DNA of 63,551 nt, filler included, from Ministeria vibrans ATCC 50519 (taxonomy: Eukaryota > Protista > Filasterea): assembly GCA_943704425.1 (NCBI GenBank). It is 8 parts of 8 records of this genome, joined end to end, with 100 filler letters (N's around TTAATTAATTAA, not from the genome) between each part and the next. Parts side by side here need not be neighbours in the genome. Positions count along the whole stretch, not along the records: positions 52,607 to 54,515 come from CALSCP010001194.1; positions 54,616 to 56,073 come from CALSCP010002516.1; positions 56,174 to 59,774 come from CALSCP010001111.1; positions 59,875 to 61,061 come from CALSCP010001389.1; positions 61,162 to 63,551 come from CALSCP010002166.1; 3 more parts are not named here. The stretch is one strand, 5' to 3'. Shown here piece after piece: positions 52,737 through 63,551 of the stretch. The notes under the pieces are model-generated. The model was not told the DNA's origin. It made no database searches and saw only the letters and a list, made by a program, of their open reading frames with translations. The translations under genes were made by a program, and so were the position numbers. How positions within the stretch are numbered: the first letter of the stretch is position 1; each line of letters begins with the position of its first letter.

Positions 52737-54455
52737 TTCCGGTACACAAATACCATCTGCGTCCCCCCTGGACAAGAGCTGTATGACATTAGCAACGGCT
52801 CGTGTCTCCCTTCCCAGTTCACCCTTCAGAACAACACTTACTATCTTGACAATGGTACACAGCAGTTGATCGTCACTCTCCTTACTATACACTCACTCAT
52901 CGCAACAGACAACCCGCAAATCAATTTTTGTGGCGTCAAGTCCTGGAAAGAGTGGCGAGACAAGGGCCAAGAGAAGGGAAGTTCCATTCTCCGTACACCA
53001 CCCACCACACAGCAGATGATCAAGTGGGGCCGCGATCTTCTCCACTTTTAATTTGTGCAATAAAGAAACATTTCACTGTTTGTTTGTTTTTTTCTTTTTT
53101 CTTTCTGCATTCTGCATCTCTTTGCGGCAGTGACCCGTATGGACATTGACGAGCTCTTGGCGTCATTTCCGCTTCCTCCGTCGTCCGATGGGACGACCGC
53201 CGAGACTTGTACACAGTCCAACTTGCTTTTCTCGCGCCCACGCACACCCCACCCCACCCGATTGCCCCTCACTGCTTCCACCTGTTTATTATGATCTCAC
53301 TCCACCCTTGCCTCTGTGTCTCTGTGTCTCTCTCTGCCTCTCTTCTCCTCTCTAGGCGCAACTATAAGTCGCAAAGGATCTCTGCCTGGCGCAAAGGCCT
53401 CCACCGCTCTGCCGAGCAACACCCGGCCCCGCAGCGGTAGCGGTACCAATGTAGCTTCCCTGGGTATGCCGTGACAGCTGCAAGAAGCAGTGCTGCGAGC
53501 GGCACTTCCAAGTTCGATCCTTTTTGACACGTCGCCTTTTCCAGCCACCAGCACAATCAAAGCGGCTCCCGTCGCCAAGCAAACAGACGATGTTGACTAT
53601 GTGGATCTTCTCTCGCGGTACGCATCCCCCATTGCAACGATATGAAAGCGCCTGCACCCCAAACACTTCGTTGCTCAATCTCTCTCTCGATCTCTCTCGC
53701 TCTCTCTCACACACACACACACACTCTCTCTCTCTCTCTTTCTCTTTCTCCGTTTGCAGTGCTTGTCGTGGCGTCTTTCCCGAAGACCAACGCAAGAAAC
53801 TCAACGCGTACCTTCTCAGTCTGTCGCCAACAGACATACACTCGCTTCAAGAGCACGTCCACAGATCGCTGGCGGAAGGTAGGCAACGCAGTGCATTGTT
53901 TTGAGGAAGAAAGCGGTCAATGGGCTTTTATGGCGCTTCGCTCACCAACGAGCGACCTCACTTTCCACTCTCACTTAGACAACATCGCAGCGCCCGCCAA
54001 GTTTCGCGCAACTCCCACTCTCAAACCATCGAAAAATGCGAAATCGGCTGTTGTCGAGGTACTGTATGTGCCACCGTATCTCCTGCACCCTCACTTTCTG
54101 AATCTATAGGTCTCGAAACACGGCGTGGTCTTTCACGGAGGCACCAACGGCATTCCCATTGAGACGACGGTGAGTGACACAATGACGCTCTCACGCGTCT
54201 CCGGCAAAGACAAGATTTCGTTCTCGATTACTCCGCCTCCGCCCGACCGCCGCTACACCCTTGTGGTGTCGCCTCTCTCTGGCTTTATTAAGAAAAAGGT
54301 ACTTGCAGCGCGAGTGCGGCGTTAATTGGTGCGCTGAGAGTTGATCTATTCGCATTCATCCAAAATGATGTATAGCAACCGGAAGTGGTCAAGTTCAGTC
54401 TGACGTGCAAGACTGCGGCGGTTGTGCAAGTGGTCCTGCGCCTGTCCATCGAAGG
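52737..54455 (+). CDS. Partial multi-exon hypothetical protein ending in an Ig/MSP-like beta domain
   Basis: Chain of short GT-AG exons. KISFSITPP..RYTLVVSPLSGFIKK|..VKFSL is a beta-rich segment. Confidence 0.5.
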
Positions 54456-54614
54456 TGCGCGCTTTCTTTCTTCACTTTATTTTGCCCTGGCGTATGTAGT
54501 GACTCTCCCCGCCCCNNNNNNNNNNNNNNNNNNNNNNNNNNNNNNNNNNNNNNNNNNNNTTAATTAATTAANNNNNNNNNNNNNNNNNNNNNNNNNNNNN
54601 NNNNNNNNNNNNNN

Positions 54615-56072
<1,458 letters not shown>

Positions 56073-56173
56073 ANNNNNNNNNNNNNNNNNNNNNNNNNNN
56101 NNNNNNNNNNNNNNNNNTTAATTAATTAANNNNNNNNNNNNNNNNNNNNNNNNNNNNNNNNNNNNNNNNNNNN

Positions 56174-57141
56174 CTGGCACTGTACTACTTCCTTCTCGCG
56201 ACCTTTTCGTGGATGACTGCCATTGTACAAGGGCCGACACGGCAAAGTGAAGGAGTGCCACAACAAAGGGGTATTGACGTCGCTCGGTAGCCTCGTAGTA
56301 GATGACAAACCAGGCGATGTTCATGAGAAGAAAACACAGAGCGAAGAGAGACGAGATGATAAAGAAACTCGAGCTGGGACAGCCTGGTTGGTTAAGAGAT
56401 CGAATGCGAAGAATCAGAGGAAAGGTGGTGACTGTGTTTGGTATTGCTCACCTGGGGAACGGAGGGACCCGGGCCCGGTGGCCGCCGAGAGAACAGGGCT
56501 GAACGTAATGAAGACGGACATGACACCAAACCCAAAGCCGGATGCTACAGAGAGTGTGAGTGCGTGCCTTAAGAGTGGTGCGCGACAACAACACCAACAG
56601 GTGGAACAATACCAACGGCAAACATGAGCTCTGAGGCACGCTTGGAACGGTCGGGACTGCTCATTTTCAAGAGGAACGCCTCTGCACGTCTGAAAGAGTG
56701 ACAGTTTTAAAATGATGACAATCACACACTCACACACATTCACATACTCACACGCACTAATACACATGTATAGATGCACGTCCATGCGCATATGGATGAT
56801 TTCGACCGCGTGGTACCTGAGGATGTGAGCAAAGAGGGCACGGGCACCTTCAGCGGCGGCAACCGCAAAAAGAAGTCCAAACCAAACGTCGTCTCTAAGC
56901 GGCACGACCGCAAACCACCATAACGACGATAGTAGCATGGCCACCAGCCAGAAGAAGGCTCTGTGCAAAAGGAGGGCAAGAGCGCGGCGCGCCGGTGAGA
57001 CATGGGACAATGACGAGAAAACACATACGCGGAAATGGAAATGACGACAAGTTGGGCGTCTCTCATCATGCACAGAATGAAGATGGCGAAGGCCGGTCCG
57101 TAGACCATAAAGATGCACCCAAACAGGGTGAGGGTTGTCAT
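56174..57141 (-). CDS. APH1: Gamma-secretase subunit APH-1 (3' truncated by the contig end)
   Basis: MTTLTLFGCIFMVYGPAFAIF; AFFWLVAMLLSSLWW; ASGFGFGVMS; GPGS; LLHFAVS. Confidence 0.92.
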
Positions 57142-57602
57142 GGCCGCAGAAACGAACGAAAGAATGAAGACAATAATGAACTATTGATTATTGAAAACGT
57201 TGGTTTGTTTAGCTTTAGTTACAATTATCGTGGGCTTCTTTCGGGACATTCTCGTCCTTGAAGTCTACGTATTGATTTATTTGATTATTGACTATTGTGC
57301 TGCTCTTTGACCTTTGTTTTGTATATAGTTTTGTTTTGACATTGAGTACCATTCACTCTCGATTCTCTATTTATTTTCGTCGACACGGCACTATGACCCG
57401 CCACTGTTCTCCCATGTTACCTCTAGGGTTTCCTTTGAGTTTTGCAAGGCGGTCTGGCTGAGTCTTCGCGTGGTGACTGACTGTATCATTAACAAATGGG
57501 TTGTATTCTTCTATTTTCTTATCATTATTTCATTCCAAGATTGCCAGCTCATCAAAATCATCTTACTCGTCTTACTCGTCTGGTTGTCTACTTGTCTTGT
57601 GT

Positions 57603-58358
57603 CTACTTTGACGGGTCGCAGGCAAGTTTCGTGAAGAACTGATTAAAACAACAAACAAACAAAAGATTAGCAACAGTTGTTGCACACAGCCATATGCTCA
57701 CACTGACCTTGAAATGATACTGATAGGTGCCGGCCTTCTCGTGCTCAAGGAAGGGGGGCGTGCCAAACTGTGTTGGGTCACAGATGAGATATACGCGGCT
57801 CTCGTAGCGCTGGATGTTGGAGACCATCGAGCCCATAAAGTACGACAGGTAAAAGCCATCGTTGTACGGGGCACGGCCGAAGCCGCCGACGTGGGCGTCG
57901 CCAAGCGAAGTGCAGTTGCCTGTGTGACAGTGTGTGTGAGCGTCGTCATCGTGCCCTACACTCTCGTTTCAAACGCGCACCTTGAGCGTCAATTTGATTG
58001 ATGGCGGATGTCACTGACTCAACGCACTTTGAGTGCGTCACGGGCGCGCAGATCTGCAGCTCAAAGCCGAGCGTGGTCGCGTCGCTGAGGTCATCTTGGC
58101 TGAGCAGGTTGCCGCCGATGCCCTGCGTGACGCGCCGGTGAGTCTGTCGCTTGTTCACTCCGTTCTCTCTCACAACACACACACCTGCGCGTAGAGCGTC
58201 TCACTCCAAGTGTACGCGCCTGTTGCGTTCCGCAGAGACGAGAAGTCGTACGTGTGTCCGCCAAAGTCAACCGTACACGCTTTGAGGTCGCTGACAGGCT
58301 GGACGGGCGCGCTAGATACAACTGCGGCGAGAGTGAGAGAGACCAAAATCAGCAACAT
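57603..58358 (-). CDS. Small secreted MRH (mannose-6-phosphate receptor homology) domain protein
   Basis: Signal peptide; C...GHTYDFSSL; LQICAPV; RVYLICDP; YQYHF..FTKLAC. Confidence 0.75.
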
Positions 58359-58404
58359 GAATAAAATTAGTGAAGAAAAATCCAAAATTATTCCAAGAAA
58401 TGAC

Positions 58405-59310
58405 TATTGGCGAGATGATCGCCTCGAGTAGACTGATGATGTACACTTGTGTCAGTTGTGTGGCACGCGATGACGGCAGGATGACACTCTGCGCGATTGA
58501 TGAGCCCATTTCGGACAAGCTGACGGCGGATCTTGAGCGGCGTCTGTGGAGGGAGTGGGGCCAACACAGAACACAAGGCTCGGTGGTCAGACTATGTGAC
58601 CGCGAGTGGTGTGCAGCGGTGGGTCGCGGGCTCTCCCCGACAAAGCGGAGGTTCCTAGTCAGGCTGTTGTGTGATATTCTACCGGCGGCAAGCGTACAGC
58701 ACAGGAGGGGCCTTGCACAGTCGACAGTATGTAAGTACTGTGCGACAGTGGAGACCACCGCGCACATCTTTGAGTGCTGTGCCCAACCCTTCCTGCCCAA
58801 CAACAACTCGTGTGCGGAAGATATTCGGGCGTCTCTGAGGCGTTCTCTCCCCCAGTGGCGCCACATGGGCCGATCGTTAGGGTCGGTCAGGAATGAGTGT
58901 GATGATCAACCCGCCCTGCACTTGGTGTCTGGTTGCTGGTCGTTGGCCATGACGCGTCGCATCCCAGCCTACGCTCGAAAAGATGCAGTAGCGGCTGCGA
59001 GACAGTGCCTGGAGGCGGCGTATGAGCATTATAGGGAGTGGCAGCGGCTTCAGTAGGTTGCTGCCTGATCCTGGTGTTTGTTTTTGTTTCTTCCCATTTT
59101 ACCTTTTTCTTTCTTTTTTTTCTTTATCTCCCTTTCCCCTTTTTGCATTTTCCTTCTCCCCTTTTTCTTCTTCCTTTTTCATGCGAGATACTTGGTTTAA
59201 AAATTAAGAGGCGTTTTCAGCTGCTGAGCGGTTTACTTGCTTAGGTGAATGGCTCCGCATAAGGTACAATGAAGCTTTCGCCCTAGGACTTCCAAAAAAA
59301 AACAAAAAAC
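58405..59310 (+). mobile_element. 5'-truncated non-LTR retrotransposon (ORF2 CCHC end, 3' UTR, A-tail); 5' boundary approximate
   Basis: RFLVRLLCDILP..CKYCATVETTAHIFEC; pyrimidine-rich UTR; A-rich tail at 59294-59309. Confidence 0.82.
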
Positions 59311-59400
59311 AGCAGTCTCGTTCGGGTTACCGTTCGGCCCATGCATGCCCGCTTCTCCATCCCCGCATGGGCCGAACGGTAATCAGACTTCGGATGGCCA

Positions 59401-59774
59401 AAAGATGCAGTGGCGGCTGCGAGACAGTGCCTGGAGGCGGCGTATGAGCATTACAGGAAGTGGCAGCGGCGTCAGTAGGCTGCTGCCCGATCCTGGTGTT
59501 TGTTTTTATTTTATTTTTCCCATGTTACCTTTTTCTTTCTTTTCTTTCTTTCTCCTTTTTGCATTTTCCTTCTTCCCTTTTTCTTCTCCCCTTTTCATGC
59601 GAGATGCTTAGTTTAAAATCAGGAGGCGTTTTCAGCTGCTGAGCGGTTTACTTGCTTGGGTGAATGCTTTGCATGCAAGTCTCTCGGAATGTCCGCTTCG
59701 GCCCATGCGGGGGTGAAGCAGCCGCTTCGGATGGCTAGATTGTCTTGTACAATGAAGCTTTTGCCCTAGGACTT
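59401..59774 (+). mobile_element. Second, diverged and shorter copy of the same LINE 3' end
   Basis: Aligns by eye to 58978-59291. Confidence 0.85.
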
Positions 59775-59873
59775 NNNNNNNNNNNNNNNNNNNNNNNNNN
59801 NNNNNNNNNNNNNNNNNNTTAATTAATTAANNNNNNNNNNNNNNNNNNNNNNNNNNNNNNNNNNNNNNNNNNN

Positions 59874-61041
59874 NCAGTGCGGTCGTATCGATACGACTTG
59901 GCGCGCAGTGTCACCACCGCATCCTCGTCCTCCTCCATCGTCTTCACTTCGACCTCGGGCAGCGACACCAGCGCCTGATACTCACCACCCGTGTCCTCGT
60001 CTTCTCCACCCTCCCCATCATCCTCGTCGTCCTCATCCTCGTCGTCCCCATTGTGCTTCTTCTCGTTGTTGGGCTGCTCAGACGCGGTCGTGGTTTGCTT
60101 GCCAAAGATCAAAGGATCAGGTTTTGTTTCGGGCTTGACCCACGACGACGGCGAGCTGGTAGAGCTATCTGACGTCGCTGTGACAAGCGAAAACGAGGTC
60201 GCAGGAGCGGTACCATTGGACGCTGTTGAAGTGGACGTGGGCATCTTGAATGAAAAGGTCGAAGTGGGTGTCGGCTTTGCCGTAGCTGGCGCAAGCTGCT
60301 TGGGTGGCGACGATGGAGCGGAAGAAGGAGCACTTGGCGTTGTGCGTTCTGTTTCCTCCTCGTCTTCTGTCTCGTAGCTACCCTCGTCGTCTTCTTCCTC
60401 ATCAACATCTTCGTAGTCGTCCTCATCCTCATCCGATGCAGATTCATACTCCTCGTCGTCGTCATCTTCCACATCCCCATCAACAGTCGGAGTTTTCTCA
60501 ATGTTCACCGCAGCAGGAAAAGATGACTTGAACGAAAATGTCGGCTTCACCGCGGTGACAACCTTGCCGTCGGAGTCAGTCGACGACGACGAAACGAACA
60601 AAGGCTTCGACCCGAAAGAAAAAGAGAGCTTTGCGGGTGGGTCTTCAGCGCTAACCTTGGACGGCCCACTGGCAGCGAAGAAGGAAAGCGCGGGCTTTAC
60701 TCCGGGCGTAACGCCATTCGACGCACTTGAAGAATCTGCGGGTTTCGACGAAACAAACGTTGTGCCAGAGTCTGCCGGTGACTTCGCATCATTCAGCAAA
60801 TCGGCTTCAACACCATCCTTCTTCAACACTTGAGGGATGCCAGAGACCAACGTCGGGTTCACCGCAGCCGTTGAGTCACTCTTCACCTCCTCCTTCTTCG
60901 CTGTTGCTGTGCTTCCAAACGTGAACGCCGGCTTCACCTCACTCTTCACCTCCTCCTTCTTCGCTGTTGCTGTGCCGCCAAACGTAAACGCCGGCTTCAC
61001 AGTCGCATCACTCGACGCAGTCGCGGGACCAGCGCCAAACC
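59874..61041 (-). CDS. Partial FxFG-repeat, Ran-binding-domain nucleoporin (Nup358/Nup50/Nup2-like)
   Basis: KPAFTFG repeats; LVSLPEVEVKTMEEDEDAVVTLRAKSYRYD is the start of a RanBD. Confidence 0.85.
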
Positions 61042-61259
61042 CAACCGTCGGCTTCACCTCANNNNNNNNNNNNNNNNNNNNNNNNNNNNNNNNNNNNNNN
61101 NNNNNTTAATTAATTAANNNNNNNNNNNNNNNNNNNNNNNNNNNNNNNNNNNNNNNNNNNNCTCTCCCTTGCCCCCATCCTTTGACGGCCGCTCCTTTGC
61201 GTCCGCCCTTCATCCTGCTATGTCTCTCCCTCTGATCTCTCCTTCTCCTTCAGCACACA

Positions 61260-61445
61260 ATGGCCGCCCCCAACCTTTTCGGTGTAATGCACAGGGCGCT
61301 CTATCGCCAGATCGCGATCGGAACGGGCCTCGGAGCGATCGGTGGCGCCGTCTGGATGGCGTACACGTACATCCCGAAGAAGCGCGCTTGGGCCAAGTGG
61401 TATGCTGAGTACGATCAGAAGAAGCTCGCCGAGTCGTCCAAGTGA
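61260..61445 (+). CDS. COX6C: Cytochrome c oxidase subunit 6C/Cox9-like
   Basis: 61 aa with P.L.G...R, a single TM helix and PKKRAWAKWYAEYD. Confidence 0.75.
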   Translation: MAAPNLFGVMHRALYRQIAIGTGLGAIGGAVWMAYTYIPKKRAWAKWYAEYDQKKLAESSK

Positions 61446-61969
61446 GCACTGAGCCATCTGCCGACAACTTCAACACCACCAACAACAACAACAACCCTAT
61501 AATGAACCAAGAGACAAATGTTAACTGTGCACCGACCCTGCAGTCGTCCGAGGGAACCCACTCACTCACTCACTCTCACATTCAGCACCGCTCACGGTGA
61601 CTTACAGAACATACCTGTTTAGTTGAATTCCCGCCACCCCTCCTGCTGGTATAGCCTTATGGCCTTCCGTAGGATATGGTGTATTTACTGCCTATCGCGT
61701 CACTTGTCTGATCTCTCTCGACGCTCCCGTAGCTTAGCAAGTGGTTCTGAGCTGGTGTTGTCACCTTTCCTTTGTGATTAATATTAAATAGTATAACAAT
61801 AATGATTATTGTTATGTTCTTCCTCTAGTTAATTTTTTGCTCTCAAGGAAAATTCCAAATACGATAGGGTCCAATTCTCTCATTCCTTACTCACAGATCA
61901 ACCGACAAAATCGCCTTTGCTCGTTTATAATTATTGTTAGTCTTGTTCTCAAGTTAACCCATCATATGA

Positions 61970-63261
61970 TCACGCGACCTCACCCGAGTTGACGATGACG
62001 ACCTTCCGCGAGACAGTGCCGCCCTTGCTGCCGCACGCCTCCATCTGCCGCACCACATCCATGCCACTCACAACCCGCCCAAACACGACGTGCTTGCCGT
62101 CGAGAAAGTCTGTCTTGGCTGTGCAGATGAAAAACTGCGAACCATTGCTGTTCGGTCCACTGTTGGCCATCGACAAAATGCCTATTCATACAAAAAAAAC
62201 CCCACATTATTCTCGCTCACACACGCACTAGAAACATTATTTGAGCTCTAACCTGGTCCATCGTGGCGCAACAGAAAATTCTCATCCTCAAACTTGCCAC
62301 CATAGACACTCTTCCCACCGGTGCCATTGCCACGCTCAAAGTCGCCTCCCTGGCACATAAACTGCGGGATGATGCGGTGGAACGTGCTCTTGCGGTACCC
62401 AAACCCTTTCTTGTGGATGCACAGCTGTCGGAAGTTCTCCGCCGTGCGGGGGACCACATCCGCTCGCAACTACACGACTTGATGCATTAGTACTTGCTAC
62501 CAAAAGTGATAATCACTCGTTACCTCAATAATCACATCGCCGACACTGCGACCGCCAATGCTAATGGACAGGAACACCTGTGGATTGCCCGTCTTCTTCG
62601 CCGTCGTTCCTGCTGCTTCTGTTGCCTCATCGTCGCTTCCTTCTGCTGTTGCTGCTGCTTCGTTGCCATCCGCTGTTGTGTCCATTGGCGCCGAGCCAGG
62701 CGGTGGTTTCCCCCCTAAACAACTCAGCTCAGTTCCTCTGACACACACACATTTTCTTTTGATGTCTCACCTCGAATATGACTCTCCAACGCCTCATTGC
62801 CTTTACCAGAATGTTCTTTTAACCACTTCTCCGAACTCCACACTACATGAACAAAAACAAGAGTATGAACACAAAACGCCTCCGAGTGTGCGTCGCTGAT
62901 GCGTTTTCGCTTCTTTCTGCTGCACCTGCTTTGCCCGCTTCGCCTTGCTTTGCCGGCTTGGCCCTGTTGACATGTACAGTTCTCCCGTAGATCTCGGCGC
63001 CGTCCATGTTGTCGATGGCGGCCGTGGCGTCCTCAGCCGACTCAAACTCGACAAAGGCAAAGCCACGATGTTTCTCCGTTTGAAAGTCCATTGGCAACTG
63101 CACGTCAACGATGTCGCCAAACGGGATGAACGCCGCCCGGACAGTCGCATCGGTCACTTCGTCGGCCAGTCCGCCTGCAACGCAACGAAGGGGGTGTCTT
63201 GGAGAGGAGAGAGAGCGCAAGGCAAACCGTTACCAACGTAAAGACTTCTTTTGTGCGCCAT
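61970..63261 (-). CDS. PPIE: Cyclophilin E (RRM plus cyclophilin)
   Basis: LYV|[35 protein letters not shown]; [15 protein letters not shown]; [16 protein letters not shown]. Confidence 0.96.
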
Positions 63262-63551
63262 TCTGTGCTGTCTGCGTGTGTGGGGGAGGAGGAGGCGTCT
63301 GTGTGGATGTGTGTCTGTGTGTACGCGTGTGTATCTGCGCTGGTTGGTGTTTGACTGCGTGGGATGAGAGCAGGACTGTGGGCCGAAAAGAGTGACTCAC
63401 TGATCATCAATGAGACACTCAGTGAGTTGGACAGTCAATTAATCTTCATCGTTTCTTCAATTGAACCCGTCTGTCTGGTATTGTTGCGACTCGTGCAGGT
63501 ATGTGTCGACGATGGGGAGCTGTGCAGTCGAGAGTGACAATTGTGCTTTCC

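Noticed and set aside
59314-59400. Self-cleaving ribozyme (HDV or hammerhead) at the LINE junction
   Set aside because: I could not identify the catalytic core or pseudoknot by eye. An Infernal/Rfam search would be needed.

Overview
Eukaryotic DNA from an intron-rich, gene-dense protist; an opisthokont or holozoan-like source is an inference from the TTAGGG telomeres, MAP4K-CNH, APH-1, EGF arrays and COX6C/Cox9. The window is a concatenation of about 8 assembly pieces joined by artificial N-TTAATTAATTAA-N linkers (~15650, 38481, 52551, 54560, 56118, 59819, 61106), so adjacency across those points means nothing. Two pieces start at chromosome ends. Housekeeping genes include a damaged SDE2, PI-PLC, EXOSC1, SPRYD7, U2SURP, ATG2, MAP4K, TMEM87, APH-1, a RanBD nucleoporin, COX6C and PPIE. 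Main novelties: (1) a spliced ~737-aa gene fusing a caspase/CHAT-like His-Cys protease to a Pol-beta-fold nucleotidyltransferase, inside a subtelomeric island of DNA-transposon remains, which is a candidate immune/cell-death or toxin module; (2) a non-LTR retrotransposon family found inside TTAGGG repeats at two chromosome ends, with the same 3' junction, different 5' truncations and a conserved 3' stem-loop. All domain calls come from reading motifs by eye; no database searches were run.
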